Origin: Bacillota bacterium
GTDB lineage: Bacteria > Bacillota > Clostridia > Acetivibrionales > DTU013
NCBI GenBank assembly: GCA_023409735.1
Contig: JAEYRB010000023.1
Span: 1,482-65,481 of the forward strand
Length of the DNA stretch: 64,000 nucleotides
Direction: 5' to 3'
Of this stretch, positions 28,849 through 38,987 are shown one piece after another (the stretch's first letter is position 1; each line of letters begins with the position of its first letter). The notes beneath the pieces were generated by a model. That model did not search any database. It saw nothing but the letters and a program-made list of their open reading frames with translations, and was not told the DNA's origin. The translations under genes and the position numbers were made by a program.

Positions 28849-29138
28849 TTGAACATCCGGGCGAGCAATCCTCCGCCCCTATTCCTTGAGTTGTCCTTAT
28901 CGGAATACTCACAGCTTACAATCTCACCTTCGACAACCAACTCTGAGCTGTCAAGACTTAATTTGTTTATATGGAGGTCCATACCTTTTATTATGAGTAG
29001 CCCAAGCTCTGTATCCACAATAATGCAAACATCATTGAAGCTTTCAACGTCAATGACCCCGGATATACTCATCCTTTCCCTGTTTTCAAGGATAATATTC
29101 TGAACCTTCGGCTTAATGATCTTCTTTTCCTCAGTCAT
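28845..29138 (-). CDS. yabP: Sporulation protein YabP
   Basis: LENRERMSISGVIDVESFND...LIIKGMDLHINKLSLD is the YabP family pattern. 97 aa. Confidence 0.85.
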   Translation of the reverse strand: MTEEKKIIKPKVQNIILENRERMSISGVIDVESFNDVCIIVDTELGLLIIKGMDLHINKLSLDSSELVVEGEIVSCEYSDKDNSRNRGGGLLARMFK

Positions 29139-29204
29139 TTATATCCCCCTATTCTAAGGGCTCTTCTACTATAATGATTATATGTTTGTACAATAGATAA
29201 AATG

Positions 29205-29256
29205 ATAAATAAAGAAATCTCACCAATAACAGTATAATACCTGTTACAGGTGAGAT
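29205..29256 (-). terminator. Intrinsic terminator between yabO and yabP
   Basis: 8-bp arms ATCTCACC/GGTGAGAT (29217-29224 and 29249-29256), followed on the minus strand by a T-rich run. A CATATAAT box (29177-29184, minus) lies downstream, ahead of yabP. Confidence 0.5.
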
Positions 29257-29285
29257 CGCATGATTGAAACTATTTTATTTTGCTT

Positions 29286-29525
29286 TTATTTAATAATGTA
29301 CATTTCCTTTGAATCAGCTTTTGTAACATGTTCTGCTACAGATGTAACCTCCACCCTTGTAAGACTGCTTCCAAACCTGATTTCTATAATATCTCCAACC
29401 TTTACCTCAGCTCCGGGCTTGGCAGTTTTGCCATTTATCGTTACATGTCCTGTCTCACATGCCTCATTTGCCAATGTGCGCCGTTTTATAAGTCTAGATA
29501 CCTTCAAATATTTGTCTACCCTCAT
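29286..29525 (-). CDS. yabO: S4-domain RNA-binding protein (YabO/Hsp15-like)
   Basis: MRVDKYLKVSRLIKRRTLANEACETGHVTINGKTAKPG is an S4 domain. 79 aa. Confidence 0.85.
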   Translation of the reverse strand: MRVDKYLKVSRLIKRRTLANEACETGHVTINGKTAKPGAEVKVGDIIEIRFGSSLTRVEVTSVAEHVTKADSKEMYIIK

Positions 29526-29593
29526 TCAATACAACCCCTATCCAAATAATACTCCGTTTATCAGCATATGTAATAGCTGCTGTCCGGATAAAA

Positions 29594-29869
29594 TTATTTA
29601 TTAACCATATCCTTTAAAACCTTACCCACTCTAAATACAGGTGCCTTTGAGGCTTTTATGGTAATCTCCTTTTTAGTCTGGGGATTTATGCCCTTCCTTT
29701 CGGGCTTTTCTCTGACCTCGAATGTTCCAAAGCCTACCAGTTGCACCTTATCGCCATTTACAAGAGCTTGCTCAATGCTTTCTACGATCGCATTCAAAGC
29801 TTTTTCTGCATCAACCTTCGTCAATTCACTCTTCTCTGAAATACTTTTCACAAGATCTGCCTTATTCAT
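29594..29869 (-). CDS. hup: HU family DNA-binding protein
   Basis: MNKADLV...VQLVGFGTFEVREKPERKGINPQTKKEITIKASKAPVF. 91 aa. Confidence 0.95.
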   Translation of the reverse strand: MNKADLVKSISEKSELTKVDAEKALNAIVESIEQALVNGDKVQLVGFGTFEVREKPERKGINPQTKKEITIKASKAPVFRVGKVLKDMVNK

Positions 29870-29884
29870 GTAATTTACCTCCCA

Positions 29885-30700
29885 TTAGTCCTTGTTATTT
29901 TCATCAACCTTATCCGCGAGCTGTATCTTTGCCTCATTCCATAATTCATCCATCTCTGCAAGGCTCATATCTTCCATCTTCTTACCTGCTTTACCGCTTT
30001 GCTTTTCAATGTACTCAAATCTCCTGATAAACTTATTTATTGTTCCTGTTAAAGCAAGCTCAGGCTGAACCTTAAGAAATCTGGATAAATTGACGAGAGC
30101 AAATATTGCATCCCCCAGTTCATCAGTTATTCTTTCCATGTTTTTACTTTTATATACATCTCTAAGCTCCCGAATTTCCTCATCCACCTTGTCAAACACG
30201 TCATCTATATCGTCCCAGTCAAAACCGACCTGAGCCGCCTTCTGCTGGACCTTGTAGCTTCTCATAAGAGCCGGAAGATTTGAGGGCACATCCTTTAAAA
30301 CACCTGTTTGACTTTTAAGCTTCTTTTCTTTCTTTTTTAAAGCTTCCCAGTTTATGAGCACCTGTTCTGATGTATCAGCCGTGACATCCCCAAAAATATG
30401 CGGATGTCTGTAAATAAGCTTTGAGCAGATCTCCGTAGTTACATCATTGATATCAAAGGTTCCCTCTTCCTTTGCTATCTGGGCATGGAAGACTATCTGC
30501 AGCAGCAGGTCGCCAAGCTCATTGCAGAATTTGCCCTTATCCCCCGCATCAAGGGCTTCGAGCGCCTCATAGGTTTCCTCGATCATGCATATCTTAATGC
30601 TCTCGTGTGTCTGCTCTCTGTCCCAGGGACAGCCATTTTCAGCTCTAAGTTTTGCCATTATATCTAAAAGGTCATTAAAATCATATTTTTTATCAGCCAC
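29885..30700 (-). CDS. mazG: MazG nucleoside triphosphate pyrophosphohydrolase
   Basis: Tandem MazG domains (CPWDREQTHESI..., ELGDLLLQIVFHAQIA, ELGDAIFALVNLSRFL). 271 aa. Confidence 0.9.
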   Translation of the reverse strand: MADKKYDFNDLLDIMAKLRAENGCPWDREQTHESIKICMIEETYEALEALDAGDKGKFCNELGDLLLQIVFHAQIAKEEGTFDINDVTTEICSKLIYRHPHIFGDVTADTSEQVLINWEALKKKEKKLKSQTGVLKDVPSNLPALMRSYKVQQKAAQVGFDWDDIDDVFDKVDEEIRELRDVYKSKNMERITDELGDAIFALVNLSRFLKVQPELALTGTINKFIRRFEYIEKQSGKAGKKMEDMSLAEMDELWNEAKIQLADKVDENNKD

Positions 30701-30870
30701 TTCTATGATCTCCTTCTTTACGTGTTTATCCTTCTTCTCATTATTCTATCCTATTTCTGCATATTATAGCAAATTAATTACTGACGGGCATTCGATGCAG
30801 CATTCTCTGAGCTCAGTATATTGTTGCTGCAGCCGGCAGTAAGTTTTATATATTGTGCTGCTAAATTGTT

Positions 30871-31908
30871 TTAGGGCTGTTTCGTAAATTCCATGCTGTC
30901 CCTCAAATACTCCGCCATATACTTGCTGACCTTTTCCGCTCCCCATTTATTCAGGTGCTGGGCGTGGTGACAAGCATCTTCAAAGTCATCATATTCAAGT
31001 CCGATTTCATCGTACAGCATATTGAAGTCAACATAACTTACACCTTCCTCATCACACAAGCCCATAATTTGTTCATAGAAATTCTCATAATGTACATTTG
31101 CCGCATAAATGTCATTGAACGGTGCCGCTGTTACTATAAGCCTGATATTACTTTCCTTACATATCCTTACTATACGCTTGAAAAACCTGATAGAATAAGC
31201 ATTTACTTCTGGTACGAATTTTATATCAGTCTTTTCTTTGTATTTCTCAATAGTCTCCTCTGACATTTTTGAATCCAATGCAAAAAACCCGTTGAAGTTG
31301 CTGACGTCAACCTTCGCCCTGCCAGACAGGTTCCTGAGGTTCGCCTCCATTATATCTGTTTTCTTCCAGTTGTTGTGGCAGCGGAATAGGCCAATGCTCA
31401 TTTTGAGTGCCTCCAGCTTATCGGGAAAGATCTCAAAGCAGGCCATTACCTTTCTTATTCCCGGCCTCATCGCATCAATATTAGCAACATATCCTTCATA
31501 AGAAGAGTCCGATCTGCCGAAGGCATATGCTTCAAGTATTATCGTCTCAGGGTTCTGCCGCTTCAGCATATCCCTCAGTGTGTAATACACCATATCGATC
31601 TTCTGGTCTGGGAGGCCTGCATTAAATACCCTTTTACCAATGATCGGCTCGATTACGGCAGGATCAAAGGTACAATAGGCATGAGAATTACCAATAAACA
31701 TAACGTCTACGGAATTGGCCTCAATACTGTCAATCTTCCTCTTTCTTTCAATAACGCTTCCTCCGCTTTGAAGCAGCGTTTCCAAGAAAAGCACAAGGAT
31801 CAACAGCAACGCTGTAAATGCCGCGATCTTTACAGATACTATAAGCCTCACTTTATTAGAACTGGAAGTAGATAAATTGTGCTCCATTTGCATCACCATA
31901 TACTCCAA
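30871..31908 (-). CDS. Membrane-anchored SGNH/AlgJ-AlgX-like partner protein of the MBOAT acyltransferase
   Basis: N-terminal TM, then FIGNSHAYCTFDP. It overlaps the MBOAT gene end. The start is ambiguous (Met codons at 31908, 31899, 31893 and 31887). Confidence 0.5.
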   Translation of the reverse strand: MEYMVMQMEHNLSTSSSNKVRLIVSVKIAAFTALLLILVLFLETLLQSGGSVIERKRKIDSIEANSVDVMFIGNSHAYCTFDPAVIEPIIGKRVFNAGLPDQKIDMVYYTLRDMLKRQNPETIILEAYAFGRSDSSYEGYVANIDAMRPGIRKVMACFEIFPDKLEALKMSIGLFRCHNNWKKTDIMEANLRNLSGRAKVDVSNFNGFFALDSKMSEETIEKYKEKTDIKFVPEVNAYSIRFFKRIVRICKESNIRLIVTAAPFNDIYAANVHYENFYEQIMGLCDEEGVSYVDFNMLYDEIGLEYDDFEDACHHAQHLNKWGAEKVSKYMAEYLRDSMEFTKQP

Positions 31909-33310
31909 ACACTATAATTATTGCAATAACTATCAGATAAAAGGCCCATCTCAGCACCAATGGACTATTCCTGAAGGACTTGCCTATTTTCTCCTTCTCC
32001 ATAGCAAGCTCATATATAAAGAGTATGATAATGAGCAAAGCTGAGACAACTAGATCGGTGCGGTCCATTCCAAGGCTGGCTGTATTGAAACCGGTCAAAA
32101 ACGAGGCGTTAAAGGTAAACAGCCTGGACAGTATCAGTTTAATATCACCTATACTGTTTGCCCTGAAAAATATCCATGAAAATGATATAAGGGCAAAGCA
32201 CCAAAGCATTTTAAACGCCCTGTAAATTGCAGATGAATCCTTTACCCCCAAGCGTTCCTTAAGCTTGCCTGAATAAGGCCGTAGTATTATACCAAGCACC
32301 TGGTACAGACCATTGAGCAAGCCCCAGACAATGAAGGTTAGACTAGCTCCATGCCACAGTCCGCTTACAAAGAAGACCACCATTATATTAAAAAGATGCC
32401 TTCTCCTGTTTCCACCCAGCGGTATGTATATGTAGTCTCTGAACCATGAGGTAAGGGAGATATGCCATCTTTTCCAGAACTCCGAAACGGTAGTTGCAAG
32501 ATATGGCCTTTTGAAATTCTCCATAAGCTCTATGCCAAGCAGCCTTGCACTGCCTATGGCAATATCTGAATAACCGCTGAAATCACAATATATTTGTACT
32601 GCGAAGAATACAGTTGCCGCAGCAAAATGCATTCCATAATGGTCAGCTGGAGAATCATAAACTGTATTTACCAAAACACCCAGTCTGTCTGCTATGACAA
32701 GCTTCTTGAAAAGTCCTTGCCCGATAAGCAGCAAGCCGCTTCTGATGTTCTCAAGAGTAGGTCTACTGCATAGATCAAACTGCGGTCTCAGGCTGTCTAT
32801 TCTTCCTATGGGGCCAGCCGCAAGCTGCGGAAAAAAGGAGACAAACAGCGCATATTTACCGAAATGGCTCATGGCCTTTGTCTTGTCCATGTATACATCC
32901 AGCATATACCCCAGTGATTGAAATGTGTAAAATGAGATTCCTATGGGCAATAAAAGCTTAAGCTCTACAGGCTTGTAATCTGCCCCGAACAATCCGGCAA
33001 TACCTGCCGCAGTCTCGATAAAAAAGTTGAAGTACTTGAAAATAAAGAGAATACCAAGATTCACAGCAAGGCCAGATATAAGATAAAATACTCTCTGCCT
33101 CCTGCTATCTGATTTTTTCATCAGGTTTGCGGCAAAAAAAGTCACAGCTGTTGAGGTCAACAGCAGGACAGCATATCTGGCATCCCAGCACATATAAAAA
33201 AAGTAACTGGCAACCAACAAAAACAGCCATCTGACCTTCTGAGGCAGCAGAATGTAAACTATAACTGCCATAGGCAAAAACAATGCATACTGTACAGAAT
33301 TAAAAATCAT
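31856..33310 (-). CDS. MBOAT family O-acyltransferase (AlgI/DltB-like)
   Basis: MIFNSVQYALFLP N-terminus. Conserved FWKRWHISLTSWFRDYIYIPLGGNR with the catalytic His context. 484 aa, polytopic. Confidence 0.9.
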   Translation of the reverse strand: MIFNSVQYALFLPMAVIVYILLPQKVRWLFLLVASYFFYMCWDARYAVLLLTSTAVTFFAANLMKKSDSRRQRVFYLISGLAVNLGILFIFKYFNFFIETAAGIAGLFGADYKPVELKLLLPIGISFYTFQSLGYMLDVYMDKTKAMSHFGKYALFVSFFPQLAAGPIGRIDSLRPQFDLCSRPTLENIRSGLLLIGQGLFKKLVIADRLGVLVNTVYDSPADHYGMHFAAATVFFAVQIYCDFSGYSDIAIGSARLLGIELMENFKRPYLATTVSEFWKRWHISLTSWFRDYIYIPLGGNRRRHLFNIMVVFFVSGLWHGASLTFIVWGLLNGLYQVLGIILRPYSGKLKERLGVKDSSAIYRAFKMLWCFALISFSWIFFRANSIGDIKLILSRLFTFNASFLTGFNTASLGMDRTDLVVSALLIIILFIYELAMEKEKIGKSFRNSPLVLRWAFYLIVIAIIIVFGVYGDANGAQFIYFQF

Positions 33311-33733
33311 ATTTGAGCCCTACTTAAATATTAATTATAGGTTCGAACTAATACGAGAATTATAACGAACATTCCGGGATATTACAATAATCAGCTTTTA
33401 TACATTGCAAACCCCTGGCACCTAAAATAATTTCAGAGGTTTTTGACATATGTACGAAGGCCGGATCGTAGTACAATAGTCTTTTTTGGAATCATTATGT
33501 TGTCGTCGTTGCGCAAGTCCATACAGTGAATCTTCGCCTTCATTGCGGGTATTAAAGAAGCTTTTATAATGTACATTTAGAATCTGCCCGACAACAGGTG
33601 CCAGAATGTCTGCAACCTTATTGAGGTCAGGATTCGTCATATGAATACCATCTACCGTTAAGTTGGTGATCTGGCCTTATTTTAACTGTCTCAAGCTTGA
33701 TTCTAGCGTGCCAATCTGTTATGATTGTAATAA

Positions 33734-34810
33734 ATGAAAGGTGATGGTGTCTTTTTGGCAAGTTTGAATGACGTAGCCAAAGCAGCAGGTGTGTCAATTA
33801 CGACTGCGTCCTTTGTAATCAACGGTCACGCTGAGGATATGCGGATTGCGCCCCATACGGCAGAAAAGGTCCTCGAAGCGGTACGAAAACTGGAATATGT
33901 TCCTAACGTTTCCGCAAAAAAACTTACAAATCGAATTGACCGCAGCAGTACAATACCTGAAATTGCAATATTATGGGCTCCTTCCCTGCATCCTGCTTTT
34001 CTTGGATCCTTTATTACAAATGCTCAGGAACTGTTCGATCAGGAACTGGTTCGTGAAATGCATATCACAGTCAGCCCATTTACTATAAATCATATTAATA
34101 ATCTGGAGAATGATTTTTTAGATCGTTATTATAACGGCGTTATAGTTTCACCTATTTACGATAAGGAATTCTCATATATTAACAATATAGCAACGAGAAT
34201 CCCTCTTGTTGTATTGCACGTTCGATCTGATAAACATCATAACGTAATTGTAGACAATTATATCACCGGTCGTAAAGCTGCAGAAATATTCGCAGCCAGA
34301 GGGCACCGTTCGGCTGCAATGTTTTATGTAAGAAATGTAGGAGCTACTAGCGAGCCAGACTACCGTCTGAGAGGCTTTAGTGAAACTTGCTTTACACATA
34401 ATATGGACTTCTTTGGTGTTGAGGTGCCTTTCGAATCACTAGGTCTCACTGTTGCCCGCTCGATGTACGGCAGACAGAAAGCTTTGGAATTTCTGCAAAA
34501 TAAAAAACTACCTGAAGCAATTTTTATTCAGGATGACGTCATTTCTATGGGATTTATTACAACGCTGCTTGGCGCAGGTGTTCGTATTCCTGATGATATA
34601 GAAATCATTACATACGGCAGCAACGACATTGCCGATGCTTGCCATCCTTCGATCACTACCATTGATTATCCCATATCAGACATTACAAGAGAAGCTCTAC
34701 AACTGCTAAGTGCTCAACTAAGCAACCCCTTCTCACAGCCGAAACTCATCGTTGTTACACCCACTGTTACTTTCCGGGAAAGCTGTCCAAAGCCTGATGG
34801 ATGGGAGTAA
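33734..34810 (+). CDS. LacI family transcriptional regulator
   Basis: HTH LNDVAKAAGVSITTASFVINGH plus a periplasmic-binding-fold C-terminus. An alternative TTG start lies at 33755. Confidence 0.85.
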   Translation: MKGDGVFLASLNDVAKAAGVSITTASFVINGHAEDMRIAPHTAEKVLEAVRKLEYVPNVSAKKLTNRIDRSSTIPEIAILWAPSLHPAFLGSFITNAQELFDQELVREMHITVSPFTINHINNLENDFLDRYYNGVIVSPIYDKEFSYINNIATRIPLVVLHVRSDKHHNVIVDNYITGRKAAEIFAARGHRSAAMFYVRNVGATSEPDYRLRGFSETCFTHNMDFFGVEVPFESLGLTVARSMYGRQKALEFLQNKKLPEAIFIQDDVISMGFITTLLGAGVRIPDDIEIITYGSNDIADACHPSITTIDYPISDITREALQLLSAQLSNPFSQPKLIVVTPTVTFRESCPKPDGWE

Positions 34811-34860
34811 AAAAAGCCATGTTACCTAAGCTGCCGATAACTCTATACCTTCCTTTATGT

Positions 34861-34891
34861 AAAAACAAACAAATCCTCCAATAAGGAGGAT
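34861..34891 (-). terminator. Intrinsic terminator ending the minus-strand hydrolase/ABC operon
   Basis: ATCCTCC-AATAA-GGAGGAT hairpin (34873-34891), followed on the minus strand by TTTGTTTGTTTTT. Confidence 0.55.
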
Positions 34892-34963
34892 AAAAATCTC
34901 TGCACCTTGTGGGGTATTTGCTATTACATATACAGGCTAAAGAAATCATTTCCTAAGCCGCGG

Positions 34964-36568
34964 CTATGATTTGGAAAACTGCCAGAGCGCGGCAAATTCA
35001 GGGCACCGGCGATACTCTCGAAGCAGCGGCATTAAGAGTTCTGTATCCTTCGACCTTAGTCCGTGTACAATTAAGGTCTCTTTACCTATGACCAACGTTT
35101 CTTGATTTTCTCGTGTAAACGGCAGCCATCTTACTGGGAGTGACTCACAGTTCGGATCTCCTGAGCGTGCAAAACTGCACCAAGCTCCTCGGATCTGTTT
35201 TTGCAAATACATCGGTGATTCGCAGTCATAAGCAAACAATATCGGGATTTCGCGTCCATGACCGAATCGGCTCCCATCCTGCAGCGGAAGCGCCAGATGA
35301 TACAGATATGCTCCTTTGTTGCAGGCGCAGACCATCGCATACGCCATTGCACCCATTCTTAGATATAAATCACCCTTCAAGTCCATGAACGCCTGAAATT
35401 GACTTCGGCAATCAGCATAATGAGAACAAAAAAGGTCTGTGATTTCAGGGGCAAAGCCACGCACCGGATCAAGCTTACCCCAGTTCTGAGAAACAGTAAG
35501 CTGTCTTGCTGCCTCCGCTTGACCCAATAGAGGCAACCCAGTAAACTGCTGGTCATACTCTCCGGCATTGGTACCGCCGAGAAACAGTACACGCCCGCAG
35601 CAACCCGAGCTAAAGCGCTGCCAGTAATCCTCAGGAATGGTAATACCGTCAATTACCGGTGCAAACAGCTTAGATTCTATACTTGAAAAAGCCGAGCTCC
35701 CTCCCATTGAGGCAGAGGCAATTTTGTTCTGAGCCTCGAGCAGCTCTTTATCTGACTTTTTCAATGCATGCTCTAAAGTCGAGCAGTCCAAAGCAGACAG
35801 TAGAGCATTAGATACAGTTCTGCTGTCATTGCATGTGGTCAGACTAATATCTGCCGCAAAGGAACTTTGACAGATTACCTTCTGAAAAAGTCCCTGTGCT
35901 TCTTCCATCAACATTAGTGCGGTAATATTACAGGAACCAGCTGACTGGCCGAACAGTGTAATATTTTCAGGATTGCCGCCAAATGCCTTAATGTTCTTCC
36001 TGATCCATCGCAGGCACTGCAAAATATCAAGCCTTGCAAGATTATTACTATATTGGTAAGCAGTATTTGTATCAGGTAATCCTGACAGATCCAAAGAGCC
36101 CCACATTCCAACACGGTAATTGGGTACTACCAAAATAATATCAGGATTTTCGCGGACAAGTTTACTTCCATCATAACTTAAAGGAAGCATACCGGGAGCG
36201 CAGGGCAGACATCCTACATTACTGCCGGCAATTTGCGCGCCGCCGTAGATCCACACCATAACTGCTTTATCAGTTTTTGCAGTGTCGGCCATGTAGAGGT
36301 TTAAGTTAAGGCAGTCGGCCGAAAGTCCGGCAGGAGCCATTGTTCCCCATTGTATATTATTCTGCCATGGTGCAGGGCCATATTGATCAGCAGGTATTCT
36401 ATCTTCCGAGGTGGTATTCATGTCGACAGCCCGTTTCCAACGTTCGGCGTTGCCAAAGGGTATTCCGAGAAATTTGACTGTCGATGCAGCTGTTTCATAT
36501 TTACCCAGATACGTCCCGTTTGGCGCAATTATAACCGGTGCCGTCTTATCTGTCAGCTGCATTTTCAT
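34964..36568 (-). CDS. Type-B carboxylesterase/lipase family protein
   Basis: Nucleophile elbow FGQSAGS and oxyanion-region IYGGA. 534 aa, para-nitrobenzyl-esterase-like. An alternative ATG lies at 36562. Confidence 0.85.
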   Translation of the reverse strand: MKMQLTDKTAPVIIAPNGTYLGKYETAASTVKFLGIPFGNAERWKRAVDMNTTSEDRIPADQYGPAPWQNNIQWGTMAPAGLSADCLNLNLYMADTAKTDKAVMVWIYGGAQIAGSNVGCLPCAPGMLPLSYDGSKLVRENPDIILVVPNYRVGMWGSLDLSGLPDTNTAYQYSNNLARLDILQCLRWIRKNIKAFGGNPENITLFGQSAGSCNITALMLMEEAQGLFQKVICQSSFAADISLTTCNDSRTVSNALLSALDCSTLEHALKKSDKELLEAQNKIASASMGGSSAFSSIESKLFAPVIDGITIPEDYWQRFSSGCCGRVLFLGGTNAGEYDQQFTGLPLLGQAEAARQLTVSQNWGKLDPVRGFAPEITDLFCSHYADCRSQFQAFMDLKGDLYLRMGAMAYAMVCACNKGAYLYHLALPLQDGSRFGHGREIPILFAYDCESPMYLQKQIRGAWCSFARSGDPNCESLPVRWLPFTRENQETLVIGKETLIVHGLRSKDTELLMPLLREYRRCPEFAALWQFSKS

Positions 36569-36714
36569 CTCTCCTTTATGACTATGTAGAAATTGTCTTA
36601 TATTCCAGCCAGGTGCAAAAATTTCTGCCTAATATATTTTTTTACTGCCTTAAAATACTTAACCGCTTTCATCTTAAACTTATACACTTGTTACTCAATA
36701 GTTTAAAACGGCTT

Positions 36715-37809
36715 TCAATACTCTTTGCCATATAAAATTCTGGATTGTCTATATAGCTCTTCATGGAACGCAGGTGTCATTTCCTTCATACTATATAAGT
36801 TGAAAATACTGGGCTTTTCCTTCCTGCAGAATTTATTAGCATACTCCCGTGCTGCTTCACGCTGTTCCTCCGATGTCTTTTCTGCATTGGGCACGCACAG
36901 AGGTACTGCAATAATAATTTTATCTCCGTACAACTCGTAAATCTTCTCAATATCATTCATAAGCTGAGGACGCCACGCATCCCAGCCTGCAGCAATATAG
37001 TTAGGAACCTGTTTGAAATTTTGCCCGCAGCTGTGGATAATGCAAGCTTTACTCCTGCTATGCAGGTAGTCCGTCACGCGCCGCATGTATGGAACAATCA
37101 TTTCCGCGGCAACCTCCGGTGCAAAGAAGGTTTCCTTTTGGCTGCCCCAATCATCATGAATATAGAATCCATCTATCATCGGATAATATTTCAGATAGCA
37201 CTCGAGGATTTCGATATATAAATCGGTAAGGTGCTCAAAGAATTCCTTGACAGCCCCCTTCTGATCCTCATCGATCATCGCAATTGCCGCGTTTTCAAAT
37301 CCCATGATGGAAATCAAACGTTCATACCATCCGTTCAGAAACCAGCAAATATTGAACAAGTCCTCTTTCAAAAAGTTTGTGTTAACAGTTGCACTGGATT
37401 TCCATTCCCATCGCCTAATATCCGGCCAATGCAGGCTATCCGCCAGGTCATTTGCATCATTCACAAAGCAATTACCTGGGCGTACCATAGAGCCACCGGC
37501 TGTTGGAACATATTCCCATATAATTCCAAACATGTCCGGGCCGCCTTCCTTCCTTTTTTCGTCACCTTTCGCAGTGGCATCAGCTACAAAGGCGCGTGCA
37601 ATATTGTCGGGATTGACGGCGGGAGCGAAGCTATGGTATTCCATTCCAGTGCCGCATATCTGCCATACCGGCTGGCGCGCAAAGAGTCTCTTGACAGCCT
37701 CACGGTCTGTGATTGGTGTATTATATTTTTCAATTGGTACCTCTCCATATGGATTGGGAATGGAACCAACAACCTTAAGCTCTTCTTTACTAAATGGTAT
37801 TGTATTCAT
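36715..37809 (-). CDS. Uroporphyrinogen decarboxylase (URO-D)-family protein, non-canonical
   Basis: About 364 aa with the C-terminal half pattern FYIHDDWGSQKETFFAPE...IIHSCG typical of URO-D/MtaA-like TIM barrels. AGGTG RBS before ATG 37809. Confidence 0.7.
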   Translation of the reverse strand: MNTIPFSKEELKVVGSIPNPYGEVPIEKYNTPITDREAVKRLFARQPVWQICGTGMEYHSFAPAVNPDNIARAFVADATAKGDEKRKEGGPDMFGIIWEYVPTAGGSMVRPGNCFVNDANDLADSLHWPDIRRWEWKSSATVNTNFLKEDLFNICWFLNGWYERLISIMGFENAAIAMIDEDQKGAVKEFFEHLTDLYIEILECYLKYYPMIDGFYIHDDWGSQKETFFAPEVAAEMIVPYMRRVTDYLHSRSKACIIHSCGQNFKQVPNYIAAGWDAWRPQLMNDIEKIYELYGDKIIIAVPLCVPNAEKTSEEQREAAREYANKFCRKEKPSIFNLYSMKEMTPAFHEELYRQSRILYGKEY

Positions 37810-37826
37810 TGTGTACACCTAACCTT

Positions 37827-38969
37827 TCATGAAATCACAACTTCGTCCCCATCCCAAGTAAATGTAGCATTAAGTCCTGCTTTAATTGTAATATCTTGCA
37901 TATAGTCAAAGACGGTTTGTCCGCCTTTTTCTCTGGTAACGGTATTTGTTACACCTTCCCGATCGACAATCATCGGGATGTAGCGAGTCTGCACTATACG
38001 TCCGCTTTCTACCACACACTTTGCAGCAGCAGTATAAATCGCCTCAGGATGGAACGGATAAGTAGGATATGATGGATCCGGTACAAAGCCAAACCTTTCG
38101 ATCCGCTTTCTGGCCCACTCCTCCGGATTGAAAAGAGCCGTATTGGCGCCTCCTGTGCGCTTGAAATCCGGCCGCAATGACGGAACCCAGGCAACGAAAT
38201 TGTTGAGTCCATGGTATATCGTCCGGCCCTTGTAAACTTCTATGCCATGTAGAATATGTGAGTGAGATGAGGTAACCACATCTGCACCGGCATCAATAGC
38301 AGCATGCGCAACTATTCTTTCATAATCTGCAAGTTTAATTGGTTTGTGTACGATACCCTTATGAAAATAAACACAAAGTACATCACACTGTTCCCTTAGT
38401 GTCGCTACTTCCTCCTGCATCCTTGCAAAGCTGACAGGCTCCGGCCATGTAAGAATCCGTTCAGGTGGCCCACCTGGATTGGCAATATCACCCATGTCAA
38501 ACTGTGTGATAATCTCCAAATACGAACATCCGGGCTTACCCTCCGATGCCCATGTTGCTTTAGGCCCTGTACAGTTATAGCCTATATAGCCTATCCTTGT
38601 GTCTCCATGCCGGAGAATCACTGGCTTAGATGCTTCCGTCAGGTTTTCGCCGGCGCTGGTAAAAGGCACCTGATGTGACCGCAGCCAATCCATGGTATCC
38701 TGGACTCCGACTGCTCCGGCATCATATATATGATTGCCGGCCAGAGTCAGTGCATCCACATACTGCATAAGTGGCTGCAACACACTGGGACTGCGGAAAA
38801 GACCTGCCAGCTCCGACGCACGATCACTGTACGGAACCTCCAGCTGTCCAAGCACAACATCCGCCTGCTCCAGTGTGTCTTTAACACCATGAAAATAATA
38901 ATCCGATCTATCACCAACTATTATATCACCTGTCATCAACATTATAAACCTATCAGTACTTTTTGACAT
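37827..38969 (-). CDS. CapA-family (PGA_cap, metallophosphatase-fold) protein
   Basis: MLMTGDIIVG..., LTLAGNHIYDAG, VVTSSHSHILHGIEVYKGRTIYHGLNNF. 380 aa with GGAGGG RBS. Confidence 0.75.
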   Translation of the reverse strand: MSKSTDRFIMLMTGDIIVGDRSDYYFHGVKDTLEQADVVLGQLEVPYSDRASELAGLFRSPSVLQPLMQYVDALTLAGNHIYDAGAVGVQDTMDWLRSHQVPFTSAGENLTEASKPVILRHGDTRIGYIGYNCTGPKATWASEGKPGCSYLEIITQFDMGDIANPGGPPERILTWPEPVSFARMQEEVATLREQCDVLCVYFHKGIVHKPIKLADYERIVAHAAIDAGADVVTSSHSHILHGIEVYKGRTIYHGLNNFVAWVPSLRPDFKRTGGANTALFNPEEWARKRIERFGFVPDPSYPTYPFHPEAIYTAAAKCVVESGRIVQTRYIPMIVDREGVTNTVTREKGGQTVFDYMQDITIKAGLNATFTWDGDEVVIS

Positions 38970-38987
38970 AAAGACCCTCCATTTCTT

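Noticed and set aside
33422-33640. 72-aa minus-strand ORF as a real small gene
   Set aside because: The frame continues upstream past the ATG into SGNH block-V sequence with no RBS. It is best explained as a gene remnant.
37231-37905. 224-aa and 172-aa + strand ORFs
   Set aside because: They are antisense to the URO-D-like and CapA-like genes and cross a gene boundary. No RBS or motif is present.
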